This document shows positions 1 through 13,031 of a stretch of DNA of 64,000 bases, piece by piece. Within the stretch, counting starts at the first letter, position 1. Each line of letters opens with the position of its first letter. The stretch is taken from contig NC_043012.1 of NCBI RefSeq assembly GCF_006345805.1, forward strand, positions 31,062,001 through 31,126,000. The letters are read 5' to 3'. Source of the stretch: Octopus sinensis (lineage: Eukaryota). The position numbers and the translations under genes are program-made. The notes beneath the pieces are model-generated. The model worked only from the letters and a program-made list of their open reading frames with translations, was not told the DNA's origin and did no database searches.

Positions 1-283
1 AATATTATATTATATATGTTATATATATATATATGATATATATATTATATATATAATTATTATATATATACATATATGAGCTATTATATTATATATATAT
101 ATATTATATTATATATATTATATATATAATATATTATTATATATATATATTATATATATAATATATTATTAATATATAATGTATATATATGTATGTTCTT
201 ATATATTATATATTAATATATAATATATATATAAAAGATATATATTTATATAATATATATAATGCATTATGCATATATATAAC

Positions 284-327
<44 letters not shown>

Positions 328-350
328 GTATATATTATAATGATATATAT
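1..350. repeat. (TA)n low-complexity tract
   Basis: Degenerate TA dinucleotide run read directly; similar tracts at 915-1115, 17985-18075, 20960-21190, 23170-23570, 24070-24420, 26080-26370. Confidence 0.95.
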
Positions 351-360
351 TAAAAGAGAT

Positions 361-566
361 ATATATCTGACGTCATGATAGATCGTTAGCCACTACCACG
401 CATTTTTTCCTCTCCTTGTTTCTCTCTTTGTTTTTTCTGTGTACCTTTCTGTAGAAGAGCGTAGGCTCGAAACGTAAAAGACTTTTTCTATTCCTGAGCG
501 TTATACAAATACCTCTGTTTGTTTTGTACACCACCTGTCTTCGCCTTTTGTTTTGTCGTAAACTCT

Positions 567-571
<5 letters not shown>
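361..571 (+). mobile_element. Penelope-like element terminal repeat fragment with degenerate minimal hammerhead
   Basis: cttt-CTGTAGA-a-GAGC-gtag-GCTC-GAAA-cg-TA-aaag at 445-480; tail CACCTGTCTTCGYCTTTTG recurs at 20387-20430 and, more diverged, near 55375. Confidence 0.6.
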
Positions 572-604
<33 letters not shown>

Positions 605-620
605 ACTCTTTACTCTTTTA

Positions 621-836
621 CTCTTATTTGCTTTCAGTTATTTGACTACAGCCATGCTGAAGCACCACCTTTATTGGAAAAAATCGACCCCAGGACTTAT
701 TGTTTGTAAGTCCAGTACTTTTTCTATAGTTTTGCCGAACCGCTAAGTTACGGAGATGCAAGTACACCAACATCAGTTGTCAAGCGATAGAGGGGGACAA
801 ACACAGAGACATAAACATATACATATACATACATAA

Positions 837-884
<48 letters not shown>

Positions 885-913
885 TTGCCCAAGGTGCCAC
901 GTGTTGGGACTGA
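621..913 (-). mobile_element. SINE family C (tRNA-headed, internal microsatellite), partial
   Basis: Matches other copies (CAGTCATTTGACTGCGGCCATGCTGGAGCACCGCC...GACACTTGCCCAAGGTGCCACG). Confidence 0.85.
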
Positions 914-1057
914 ATATAATATATATATATACAATATATCATATATATATATATACAATATATATAATATATATATACAATATATATATATACATAATAT
1001 ATATATATATAATATATTATATATATATATATTGTATATATATATATATATATATAT

Positions 1058-1097
<40 letters not shown>

Positions 1098-2580
1098 TAT
1101 AAATATATTATGTAATATATAAGATAGTGGGGTGTTAATGGCCATTGATGAATGAGGAAAGTGATGAGGTTTCAGGTACATTTGAAAGCGTTTTGTGAAA
1201 AGTACATAAAAGATCGCTGAGCGAGAAAAGGTTGACAGATGATATAAACATCAGGTATTTCTTTTTATTCCATTTATTCAATTTACTTTTGATATATTGC
1301 CTTAATAATTGCTTTCCATTTATAAATTTTGAACATTTAATCTAAATTCTTAGTTGCCTATTCGTTTTTTTTTCGACATTCGTTTTTAACCTATATTATA
1401 CTATTATACATCTGGGTATTAAAAAAACATATTGGAATTACTACTGTGTTAAAGTAGATCATTGAAAAATGTCTCAGTATCAACAGGTGCAAAGCATGCT
1501 ATAGGCAGAATATTAATAGGATACAGAAACACCATTTGATCGAATCGATCTTTTTTAGTTTATGAACCCGTCTTCGTGACAGGACAAACACTCAAGACAG
1601 TTCTTACTGTTTGTGTTAACCTCACGCTGTCGCACGTGGACCAAATTTATTATATCGATTTGACGATATTAGTCATTAGACGTAGTAAGATAGTTGTATA
1701 AGGTACAACTGCCAACAAATATTGAACATGTTGCGTCGAATGACTGTAATCCTACAGTTTTTTGCAACCAAGCTAATATTTAACACAGATGATTGCAATT
1801 TTTTTTTTGTAAGAACGCTTAATAAATTATATTAGAAATTTCGATTCATTGCAGGGGAACAAGGTATGGGAAATGAACATGTGTAAGTACACCTGAGAAT
1901 AATTTATATATGCTTGGCGAAAATATAGGTGAATATATGTCAGTCTCTGAATAGAGCAGTCGAATGATGGTCTTTTTGAGGATAAGTCGTCAGCTTTGAC
2001 CCTGACATTCTCACTTTATGTAAAGTTGGTATTAAAAAGAAAAAAAAAAATGGGTGGAAAGTTTTTAGTACTAAATGGCATACTATCTTGGGATTCGATC
2101 AGACAGATTTCTTATTTTGGAACAGAACAAATACATTTCGAGACGGGTATGTAGGTGCGATCGCCTAAAAGATATTAGCTAGAATAAAAGTAAAGTGGCT
2201 TATGGCAAGATTTGAACTCAGAACACAAAGTGAGGTTACATCATTCTATAAGACATTAATTCTGTTCGTTTCTGACAAATAAAAAACCCCCGGGGAATGT
2301 CATATCCAGCAACATATTTTACCATTACTTCTACGCAATCATCTTAGAAATAGCAGTCAAATCTCCCTCAACAGAAACTAACTTCTTAAAACAGAACAGG
2401 AGTCAATGTTGTAATTCTAGTTACACATAAAAAGATGAGAATGCCAGGCCTGCTTGGTTCTATTTGATCTGAGGCTAATTAGCATCACCACCAACAAAAA
2501 TATATTTGAATGTTTTGTTATTTCAGTCTCGAGTGTTGGCGTGGATCGGGGTGTAAATACCAAAAGAGCAGACAGGTGTG

Positions 2581-3005
2581 GGATCTTTTCGGTTTGAACG
2601 GCAGTTTTTAACATAATTTCTAGGTAACTAAAAAATTTTAAACTTCGTATACTGGTAGAATGTGTTTATAAAACATCTTTTTCTCTTGGCTTTATTGAGA
2701 AAATTCTATAGTTTGTAAGATATTTGTTGTTTTTTTTCTTCATTTTCTGCAATTTCAACCAATCACTGACGTCTATTGAGGTAAAAAACATTCTGTGCCG
2801 TATGAATATGTCCCTCGTTTAAGAAACAGATTGGGTTTATTTACATTTGTGAAGAAAAAAATATACCCTTCCCCCACCCCTAACCCTAACTAACCCTAAC
2901 CCTAAAACAGACTGAGATGCAATAGATCGATACTAGGGTCATAATTATGGGTGACAATTTCATATGACACCGCTAGAAAAACTGCCGTTCAAACTGAAAA
3001 GGTCC
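2581..3005 (+). mobile_element. Complete MITE, 29-bp TIRs, 8-bp TSD (Merlin-like non-autonomous DNA transposon), internal CCCTAA repeats
   Basis: TIRs GGATCTTTTCGGTTTGAACGGCAGTTTTT / AAAAACTGCCGTTCAAACTGAAAAGGTCC; TSD CAGGTGTG at 2573-2580 and 3006-3013. Superfamily inferred from GG termini plus 8-bp TSD. Confidence 0.9.
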
Positions 3006-3232
3006 CAGGTGTGTATATTGTGCCGTGAGATAAAGTAGAAATTAATGTTTGAGTAGGACTAATGTTTGATGAAGAGGGGCAATGTATAACATCTGTAGGG
3101 AGATCTCAACATATTAAATAAAAAGGAAAAGGATGAAAAAAAAAGTAAAAGTCAGAATTACTTTCTAAGATTCGCCATAATTACCAAAATTAAGCAAATT
3201 AGTTCATAGAAGTTGCAATTTAGTTCCAGAAG

Positions 3233-3445
3233 GACGGTGAAATGGTAAAATCGTTAGAGCCTCGAATAATATGCCTTGCGGTATTTATTCCATCGCTTTA
3301 GGTTTTTGAGTTCAAGTTCGCTTATGTCAAATTTCCCTTTCGTCCTTCCGGAGTCGATAAAACAAAGTACCAGTTGAGTACTGGAGTCAGTTTAACCAAC
3401 TGTCCTCTACTTCACACCTCTGGTATCGTGCCTGGATTAGAAACT
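3233..3445 (+). mobile_element. SINE family B, old diverged copy
   Basis: Degenerate match to GCGGTATTT...TGAGTTCAA...CCTT.CGG.GTCGATAAA..AAGTACCAG core. Confidence 0.7.
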
Positions 3446-3500
3446 GTAATTTAGCTCGAGGTTAGCTCTGATCAAACAAACCTATGATCAACATATTGTA

Positions 3501-3857
3501 TCTTTTGCTTGTTTCAGTTATTGAACTGTGGTCATGCTGGGGCACCGCCTTGAAGGTTTTTAGTCGAACGAATCGACCCCAGTACTTAAAAAAAAAAAAA
3601 ACCTGATTGCTAAGTTACGGGGACATAAACAAAGAACACCAGTTGTCAAGCGGTAGTAGGGGACAACCACACACACACACGCCTTTGTACTACGACAAGC
3701 TTATTTCAGCTTCTGTCAACCAAATCCACTCATGAGATTTTAGTCAGTCCAGGGATATAATAAACCACACTTGTTGAAGGTGACACGCAGTGAAACTGAA
3801 CCTAGAACAACGCAGCTGGGAAGTAAATTTCTTACCATACAACCTCATCTGCGCCTG
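3501..3857 (-). mobile_element. SINE family C
   Basis: Full-length diverged copy with short CA tract. Confidence 0.85.
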
Positions 3858-3992
3858 ATATAGTGCACGTGGAAAATGTAAAAGATTTAATTTCATTCAC
3901 GTAATATAAAGAACCTCTAGGCTTTGTTTCTTTGAAAACTAACTTCGGATTTGTCCCGTTTGACAGCTGACATACAACATTTCGACTGAGTA

Positions 3993-4528
3993 GAATGTCA
4001 TGCTAGCACGGATACCTATTTATTTATTACCCACAAGGGGCTAAACACAGAGGGAACAAACAAGGAGAGACAAACGGATTAAGTCGATCATATCAACCCC
4101 AGTGCGTAACTGGTATCTATTTAATCGAACCCGAAAGGATGAAAGGCAAAGTCGACCTCGGCGGAATTTGAACTCAGAACGTAGCAGCAGACGAAATATT
4201 GCTTAGCATTTCGTCCGGCGTGCTAACGTTTCTGTCAGCTCGCTGCCAAATGAATGTCATGCTAACACAGATGCCTATTTCTTTATTACCCACAAGGGGC
4301 TAAACATAGAGGGGACAAACAAGGACAGACATAGGTATTAAGTCGATTACATCGTCCCCAGTGCGTAACTGGTACTTATTTAATCGAATCTGAAAGGATG
4401 AAAGGCAAAGTCGACCTCGGCGGAATTTGAACTCAGAACGTAGCAGCAGACGAAATATTGCTTAGCATTTCGTCCGGCGTGCTAACGTTTCTGCCAGCTC
4501 GCTGCCAAATGAATGTCATGCTAACACG
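3993..4528 (-). mobile_element. Tandem pair of SINE family B copies (259-bp period)
   Basis: GAATGTCATGCTA at 3993, 4252 and 4511 brackets two SINE copies. Confidence 0.9.
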
Positions 4529-5041
4529 GCTACCGTTCTCAGAAAATCTGATATTTATCACCCACCAACTGGATTAAATGAAGTAGGCGCAATAAATTCG
4601 CAACCGCTGTAACCAGTGTTTATTAAATTTGAACGCGATTATTTATGTGTGTTTTTATATAAACAGTAGACCTCAGCTGGATTCGAAACTAGAACTTTGA
4701 GTGATGAACCGAAATACCTTGGTGCGAACAGAAAATTACAAAATACTTCACAATAAAGACAAGTAGATGAAAAATGACATTTTGTCGTAAATCTATCGTT
4801 TTTGATAACATTGAGTTACTCTTACAGTTTGTATCGGGGAAACGTGTGCTGTTGACATACGTTAGTTGTTAGACATCTCCAATATTTTCAGCCATAAAAC
4901 AATACGTCAAGATAAGACTTCATAATGACCTTAATCCCCCACCACATACTCACACACACACACATTGAACATTTTATCTATAGCTGAGAGTCCAACAAAA
5001 TATAGAAATTCTGTTTGGTGGTGAGCAGTTAGACTTGTTAG

Positions 5042-5260
5042 GGATCTTTTCACTTTGACCGGCAAATTTTAAACATAATTTCTTTGTAACTAAACACTTT
5101 TAAACTTCGTATACTTATAGAATGTGTTACATAAAACATCTTTTTCTCTTGGCTTTCTTGAGAAAATTCTGTAGTTTGTAAGCTATTTGTTGTTAAATTT
5201 CTTGCATTTCGGCAATTTCAACCAATCAATGACGTCTATTGAGGTGAATACAATTTCTGC
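5042..5260 (+). mobile_element. Truncated relative of the 2581-3005 MITE
   Basis: Starts GGATCTTTTCACTTTGACCGGCAAATTTT; internal sequence collinear with 2581-2780. Confidence 0.85.
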
Positions 5261-5280
5261 GGTTGTTTGCGGGGAGTGGG

Positions 5281-5480
5281 TGTAAACACACTAACATCGC
5301 TTGGCAAGCGATGTTAGTGTGTTTACAACCCCCCGTAATTTAGCGGTTCGGCAAAAGGGACCGATAGAATAAGCACTAGGCTTACAAACGGTAAGTCCTG
5401 GGATTGATTCGTTCGATTAAAGGCGGTGCTCCAGCATAACCGCAGTCAAATGACTGAAACAAATAAAAGAATCAAAGAAT
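5281..5480 (+). mobile_element. SINE family C 3' fragment beginning with a perfect 47-bp palindrome
   Basis: 23-bp perfect arms 5281-5303 / 5305-5327, followed by the family C 3' end. Confidence 0.85.
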
Positions 5481-5739
5481 AAAAATATGTGTGTGCATGT
5501 GTGTGTATGTATGGCTGATGTATGTTTATAATGTTCACAGCTGAAGAGGACGGTTAGTATTCCTGCACTGGCCTTGAGGGCTCAAGTCTGACGATGAACG
5601 ATTTTCTCTAGTAAGAAGAAAAATGGTATTACACTGAATGATTTCTTTCATATATAAACGCCGATGTACACCCTAACAATAGAGTGGCATGCAGGTAGTT
5701 GACATGGTGATGGGTATCAATAACTCTATTAATAATGAG

Positions 5740-6252
5740 GTGGAGGCGCAATGGCCCAGTGGTTAGGGCAGCGGTCTCGCCGTCGTAGGATCGCGGTTTC
5801 GATTCCCAGACCGGGCACAGTGAGTGTTTATTGAGCGAAAACACGTAAAGCTCCACGAGGCTCCGGCAGGGGGTGGTGGTGAACCCTGCTGTACTCTTTC
5901 ACCACAACTTTCTCTCGCTCTTTCTTCCTGTTTCTGTTGTACCTGTATTTCAAAGGGCCAGCCTTGTCACACTCTGTGTCACGCTGAATCTCCTCGAGAA
6001 CTACTCTAAGGGTACATGTGTATGTGGAGTGCTCAGCCACTTGCACGTTAGTAAATGAGCTGCGACGTCACTGGTGCCAAGCTGTATCGGCCTTTCCCTT
6101 GGATAACATCGGTGACGTGGAGAGGGGAGGCTGGTATGCATGGGTGACTGCTGGTCTTCCGTAAACAACCTTGCCCAGACTTGCACCTCGGAGGGGTACT
6201 TTCTAGGTGCAATCCCATGGTCATTCATGACCGAAGGGGGTCACACACAAAA
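5740..6252 (+). mobile_element. SINE family A, full length, tRNA-derived head, 12-bp TSD
   Basis: A box TGGCCCAGTGG, B box GGTTTCGATTCC; TSD ATTAATAATGAG at 5728-5739 and 6253-6264. Confidence 0.9.
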
Positions 6253-6580
6253 ATTAATAATGAGATAATTAAAAAGAACATAAAATATTCAGGTATTCAT
6301 TAAAAATAGTATCCGACGAGCAACAACATTTCTTCATCGTTAAATGCGTTTCACTTGGCTGAAGTGTTTCAGTTGAAAGTGCAATCAAATGACATCACCT
6401 TCCTTTCACTGCAGAGCTGAATAAACTATCGCTTTTAATTGTTCAAATAATTAACTATACTTCTAGAGGTCTAATTAGTGTGTAGACAGTTCAGAAAAAA
6501 CAAAAACAAGTTGACGAAATGAATCAAGTGTGTTTTGTCTATTTTGTATCTTTCCCTAGATTATGTCATACTGTTTTTTT

Positions 6581-6813
6581 TTACTCTTTTTACTTGTTTC
6601 AGTCATTTGACTGCGGCCATGCTGGAGCACCGCCTTTAGTCGAGCAAATCGACCCCAGGACTTATTCTTTGTAAGCATAGTACTTATTCTATCGGTCTCT
6701 TTTGCCGAACCGCTAAGTTACGGGGACGTAAACACACCGGCATTGGTTGTCAAGCGATGTTGGAAGGACAAACACAGACACACAAACATATATACACACA
6801 CACATACATACGC

Positions 6814-6875
<62 letters not shown>

Positions 6876-7077
6876 CATACACATATATATATATAAATAC
6901 ATATATATATGTACGACGGGCTTCTTTCAGTTTCCATCTATCAAATCCACTCACAAGGCTTTGGTCGGCCCGAGGTTATAGTAGAAGATACTTGCTTAAA
7001 GTGCCACGCAGTGGGACGGAACCCGGAACCATGTGGTTGGTAAGCAAGCTACTTACCACACAGCCACTCCTGCGTCA
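6581..7077 (-). mobile_element. SINE family C, full length, near consensus, internal (TA/CA)n
   Basis: Minus-strand head GGAGTGGCTGTGTGGTAAG...GGTTCCGTCCC (A/B-box-like); conserved 3' half. Confidence 0.9.
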
Positions 7078-7145
7078 TATAATGGAAAATATAGAAAATT
7101 AAAAGTCATTTTCTCTTCCTGTTCCCCCAAATCCAAATGACCTAT

Positions 7146-7750
7146 TAGACTGTGGTCATGCTGGAGCACCGCCTCGAAAGAATCATAGTCGACTGAATCA
7201 ACCCACCAGGGCTTATTTTTTTTTTTTTTAAGCCTGGTACTTATTCTATTGCTCCTTTTTGCCGAACTGCAAAGTCATGTGGACGTAAATACACCAACAC
7301 CGGTTGTCAAGCGGCGATGGTGGACAAACTGACACAAAGACACACGCACACACATACACGAGCGCGCGCGCACACACACACAGAAGAAAAAGAAGAAGGA
7401 GGAGGAGAAGAAGAAGAAAAAGAAGAAGAAGAAGAAGAAGAAAAAGAAGAAGAAAAAGAAGAAGAAGAAGAAGAAGAAGAAGAAGAAGAAGAAGAAGAAA
7501 ACAACAAAAAACAACAGTATTACATCTCTCGTTTTAAGGTGGCGAGCTGGTCGAATCGTTAGCTCGCCGGGCAGAATGATTAGCGGCATTTTGTCCGTCC
7601 TTACCTTCTGAGTTCAAATTCCGTCATAGTCGCCTTTGCCTTTCGTCCCTTCGGGGTCGATGAAATAAGTACCAGTCGATCACTGGGGTCAATGGAATCG
7701 ACTTTCCCTCTCTCCCGAAATTACTGGCTTTGTGCCGAAAATTGAAATCA
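7146..7750. mobile_element. SINE C fragment (-), (GAA)n tract 7385-7500, SINE B copy (+, 7538-7750)
   Basis: Direct similarity to the other copies. Confidence 0.8.
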
Positions 7751-8104
7751 ATATTACCTGTCTCATGGCAAATTTTGAATATTGTCAATCTTCAACTTCT
7801 ATCGCAGTCTTTTTTTTTTTTGGCATAAAGGACTTTCGTTCTTGAAGGGTTTTCTCTGGGGCACCAATGAATATTATTGGCTGGACATATCTTTGCTTAA
7901 ATGAATGAGAAATATCTCATTAACTTGGTAAGATGCAATCTATTTCAGAATTCTAAGGGAAGATAACTCTGCTTTAATCCCAGCAGGGGTTGATTGTTGC
8001 TCCGTCTCTCTGTGGTCGATTAAATATGAACCAGTAATATACTAGATTAGATTCCAGTCGACGATTATCTGTGTCTATATAAAATATAACTGCACTTGAT
8101 CACT

Positions 8105-8470
8105 GTTTCTTTTATTTCTTTTACTGTGGCCATGTTGGGGCACAGCCTTGAAGAATTTTAGTAGAAAGAATCAACCCGTAGTACTTATTTTTTAAAGCCT
8201 GGTACCTATTCTATCGGTCTCTTTTGCCGAGCGTTAGATTAAGGGACGTAAACACACCAACACCGGCTGTTAAGCGGTGATGGAGGACAAACACAGACGA
8301 AAAGTCCCCCACCCCACATATGTTTCCACATACCAAATCCACTCACAAGACTTTGGTCGACCCGAGACGAAAGTAGAAAACACAGGCTGAAGACACCACG
8401 CAGTGGGACTGAACCCGGAACCAATGCTGCTGGGAAGTAAACTTCTTACCACACAGCCACGCCTGTGCCT
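8105..8470 (-). mobile_element. SINE family C
   Basis: Full-length diverged copy lacking an expanded microsatellite. Confidence 0.85.
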
Positions 8471-9129
8471 GTGTACAATATAAATTAACAAGATGGTTCC
8501 AAACCAATATTTCAACAACACTTCTGCTTTATGTTACGACCAACCAACATATGGCAATTTATCTGCGGCTGTCGATGACATACGCCATGTTGTAATGACA
8601 ATAAACTCCATCATCATCATTTACTTACACAAAAGCAGGTGAAGTGAAGAAACAGCTTGATTGTGGTATGGAAAACTAGAAATTTACAAGTGGTTTATTG
8701 GTTTACATTGCTAAGATCGAACATACCCGCACACGAATTACCGACTAACGTATTCACAAATTGATTGATTAATTGATCGGCATCGTTATAAACCAATGTT
8801 CTATTATTTTCTTGGATATCATCGATAAATTTATAATTGAGTGTTTCTGAGAACAATACGATCAAGCTGGGTTCATCTTTCCTTAGTATCTTGTTAATCC
8901 TTAATCAATTGGAAACGAATTTAAATCGGATCAATCTCAATATCAGACCAATGGGGATTAACATTAAAACCTACACCTATAAACGTTATTTGTGATTCTA
9001 ATATTCTAATAAATCAGATCCCTTTTTAGTTTAGGTCGCTTTAATAATATTACCTCATAGTAGTGACTCAATTGCAGTGTCATATTAACTCTATACCATC
9101 TGTTGATTCAGTCATAATATCTTAGTTAG

Positions 9130-9820
9130 TGCTGCACTGCTGTAGTTTCTTGTATCATCTCAGAGTATTTCAGTACGTTTACACTGTTGTAGTTTCTCGT
9201 TTTATTGACTCAGAAATATTCTTTACTACTCTAGGCACAAAGCCCGAAATTCTTGGGGAGGGTCCAGTCGATTAGACCGACCCCAGTACGGAACTGGTAC
9301 TTAAATGGCGGCGAGCTGGTAGAAACGTTAGCGCGCCGGGCGAAATGCGTAGCCGTATTTCGTCTGCCGTTATGTTCTGAGTTCAAATTCCGCCGAGGTC
9401 GGCTTTGCCTTTCATCCTTTCGGGGTCGATAAATTAAGTACCAGTTACGCACTGGGGTTGATGTAATCGTCTTAATCCGTTTGTCTGTCCTTGTTTGTCC
9501 CCTCTATGTTTAGCCCCTTGGGGGTAGTAAAGAAATAGGTACTTAATTTATCGACCCAGAAAGGATGAAAGGCAAAGTCGACCTCGGCGGAATTTGAACT
9601 TAGAACGTAAAGACAGACGTAAAGACGATGCCATAGTTTCTCGTTGTATCAACTCATAGTATTTAGTTGTACACTGGTGTAGTTTCTTGTAGTATCGGCT
9701 CAGAGTCTCTCAGTAAGTGTACACTGCTGTAGTTTCTCGGTTATATCGACTCAAAGTTATTTCGTGGTAAGTGTACACTGCAGTAGTTTCTCATATTGCC
9801 TCAGTTATATTGTCTCTGTA
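9130..9820. repeat. Degenerate ~45-50 bp minisatellite (TACACTG.TGTAGTTTCTC...ACTCA) interrupted by nested SINEs
   Basis: About six copies at 9135-9220 and 9630-9800. Confidence 0.7.
9225..9620. mobile_element. SINE B (+, 9303-9537) inserted inside an antisense SINE B
   Basis: GGTACTT repeated at 9296-9302 and 9538-9544; outer copy is continuous once the insert is removed. Confidence 0.85.
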
Positions 9821-9821
9821 A

Positions 9822-10054
9822 AGGGCGGCGAGCTGGCAGAAATGTTAGCGCGCCGGGCGAAATGCTTAGCGGTATTTCGTCTGTCGCTACGATCGGAGTT
9901 CAAATTCCGCCGAAGTCGACTTTGCCTTTCATCCTGTCGGGGTCGATTAAATAAGTACCAGTTTCGCACTGGGATCTATGTAATTGACTTAATCCCTTTG
10001 TCTGTCCTTGTTTGTCCCCTCTATGTTTAGCCCCCTGTGGGCAATAAAGAAATA
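9822..10054 (+). mobile_element. SINE family B (CORE/OR2-like) with 15-bp TSD
   Basis: TSD TATATTGTCTCTGTA at 9806-9820 and 10055-10069. The CORE/OR2 label is from memory of the GCCTTTCATCCT..GGGGTCGAT..AAGTACCAG domain. Confidence 0.9.
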
Positions 10055-10461
10055 TATATTGTCTCTGTAGATCTTGAAGTGGACACAGTATGGATTCGCA
10101 ATCACAGAGTTTTGAATTTGATTCTCTTACATTATATCCTGGAATAAAATTGGGTAGAATAAAATTGTGTAGAAGCTCGTCGGATGGATTCTAAAGACTC
10201 AGCTTTGTCACGCGAATTCGGCTTGAAGTCATCCAGTTACATGCGATTTCAATGAATAGGAATTTAGTTGATGGAATAACTGATTACACTCCCTTGAAAC
10301 CGACGGAGATCCATTTATTTACTCACACGGGTGTTATTTGTCGTTGCATTGACTTAGTCAAAATCTATGCGGTGCCCCAAGATGGCCACAACATTTGGAA
10401 CTCATAAAAGAAATACTTCAGTTTCTCATTGTATTGTCTCAGCTCGTCTTAGTAGATGCAC

Positions 10462-10650
10462 ACTTCTTCTTCTTCTTCTTCTTCTTCTTCTCCTCTTTCT
10501 CCTTCTCCTCCTCCTCTGCCTCCTCCTCTTTCTCCTTCTTCGTCTTCTCGTCCTCCTATTTCTTCTCCTCCTTCTTCAAAACACACATGCACGCACACAC
10601 GCGTGCGAACACACATACACTTACACATGTACACACATACACACACACAT
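10462..10650. repeat. (TTC)n/(TCC)n polypyrimidine tract plus (CA)n
   Basis: Read directly; a larger analogue lies at 20040-20315. Confidence 0.9.
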
Positions 10651-11011
10651 TGCCTCCCCCCAGTACTGGACAGGTATTTCATCAACCACTTTGAAAGATT
10701 GAAAAGCAAAGACGACTTTGGTGAGTGGGGTTGGGACTCAGGGTGGCAGTTCGAATATTACAAAACATTATTCCAGAAACTCTAACAACTCTGACTAATT
10801 AGCTCATTAATTAATAGAGAAAAATTTCGTTAATTAAAATTGAAATCAAAGCGACGTTGGTTTTGTTTATCCCTTTTCAAAATTCAGCAACACTCCCATT
10901 TAAATTTCTATGTTCTGACATTCCTTTCTCTAAAATTCATTTTTAGTTCATTTAACAACTCTCATTAGCTATTAATGAAACAGCGATAAATAGCCGGAGT
11001 TAATTAATAAA

Positions 11012-11784
11012 CTAGTGGGACCCGTGGAAATATCACAGAACGAAAAAGATTAAGAAAAGTTATTTAATAAATAAAGAATGATTTGCATTTTAATTTTTGT
11101 TTTCCTTAAGTTATTTCACTTCTAATCACAATAATATATTGTATGATTTTAAACAGGTAGAAGAATGGTATTATAGATTTAGTTCAATAAAAAATTCTTT
11201 TCACAATCAACACACCATCGCCACCACCACCACCACCGCCACCGCCACCGCCGCCGCCGCCACTAGAGTTTTCAGTAACAAAGCTCATTTCATTTCAGTT
11301 CATTTCAGCTGTTTGTTTATATCTACTTTTTCTTGCTGTCAATGTATCTCTACTCTGACAATACAAATGCTATCTGCCTCTCTCTCTCTCTCATACTTAC
11401 CTCCCCTGTCCAACTGTCTCTATCTATCTGCTTTTCTTTGACCTCACCACCAGAACATCACCCTCTGCTAAATATTGTATCCTAAACATATCTCTTTTCC
11501 TTTACTTTTCCCACCCCACACTACAGCACGTCGTTAGCACTTCTCTCTCCTTTCTTTCTCCCTCTTTTCTCTAACCGTCTTTTTTTCTCGCTTTTCACCT
11601 CTCCCTTCACCTAACTACGTGATGCATTTGGCCTTAGTGTATTACTATACTCTTCTCTTTTTTCTCTATTCACATCCCTCCCCATCTCTCTCTCATTTTT
11701 ACTCCACCTCTCACTCACTCCATCTCCACCTCTCTAACTAACTAAAGTGTAACGGGCGAACGAACAAGCAGATTATTATATAGA
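11012..11784 (-). mobile_element. Non-autonomous Helitron-like element
   Basis: Minus strand starts TCTATATAATAATC and ends CTAG-T (ACTAG at 11011) with a subterminal imperfect hairpin; no TIR or TSD. Confidence 0.6.
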
Positions 11785-12034
11785 CGAACTCAGGTATGTA
11801 ATTCAAGTGGGTTAATGTCATAAATTTACATAAGTGATGAACTGAATGGCGTGCATAAAAAAATTCTCAAATTACTGTATTTTCCGCTTGGCTAATGAAA
11901 ACGAAAATCTAGTGAGTTGCAAAGAAAAGGGGAAATATAATCTAAAGAAATTAAGTATTAACTTCACATGAATTCATGGTTGGATACTTAGAAGGAAATC
12001 TGATATTTGTCTGCGAGCAAGGGGATAGCAATGG

Positions 12035-12130
<96 letters not shown>

Positions 12131-12722
12131 GTCTTATAGGAGCTCATTAGCATAGTACGGGAATTTTCGAATGATTTATTTTGTGATATTGCTTTTTTAA
12201 ATTCTTAAATTATCTCCCTTTTCCTTGCGAGTCGCAAACAATTGCCGCCACGTTTTTGTGTTCTTTCTCCATTCAAGAGAAAAACTTCAAGGCATGTTTA
12301 CACAAATCTCCTTACCACGAATTTGTTTCCTTATAACTTAAGGAAAAGTGGGTATTTTTTAATGAAATTTTTCTACAAATACCTCTCCGATGCTGTAGAT
12401 TACGTTCATTTCTAAATTTAATGTGGAAAATAATTGCTGAGCGTGTACACATACATACTGTTATACATCATATAATATTTTTCAAAATTTCAAGTGATGC
12501 GTGTCAGTATATATACGTGCGCTCTCACCACTTTTTCATATTAAATTCCTATGTAATCGGAATCTACACAATCTGAAATATATTTGTAGAAAATTTCTTT
12601 AAAAAACTCAATTTTTCTGAAAGTTATGCGGAAACAAAGTCAAGGGGCACAATTGTGCAGTTTGGCAATTTCAGTTAATTGAGAATTGTTTTATGGAGGC
12701 TATTTAGTGCAACACTAATTTA

Positions 12723-12855
12723 TTGTGTCTGGGGAGAGTCATTTTCTTTTTGTGCCTTATAATATAACACACTCACCGATCAAATTTCCACTTTTTTTCT
12801 TATTTTTATTTTCCTAAAATTTTCATTGCGTCTTGCAACCTTTTCAATAGTTTTA
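12723..12855 (+). mobile_element. Half copy of the 54142-54416 fold-back element
   Basis: TTGTGTCTGGGGAGAGTCATT...TTGCGTCTTGCAACCTTTTCAA. Confidence 0.85.
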
Positions 12856-13031
12856 ACTCTGTCCGTTATTTACACTGCGTTCCCTTTTGTTTGTTTGTGC
12901 GCATGTGTGTGGGTCAGTGTGTGTGTGTGTGTGCCTATACAAACCAAATCCCAAAACGAAACTAATTTATTGGTTGCCAACTGTACGTTTTGAACTCAGT
13001 AATATATACTTACTTAACACTCGTTATATTA

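Noticed and set aside
2876-2905. True telomere or chromosome-fusion scar
   Set aside because: Only four units, internal to a MITE that recurs at 52407.
9130-9820. CRISPR-like repeat-spacer array
   Set aside because: Units are contiguous and degenerate, with no unique spacers; eukaryotic context.
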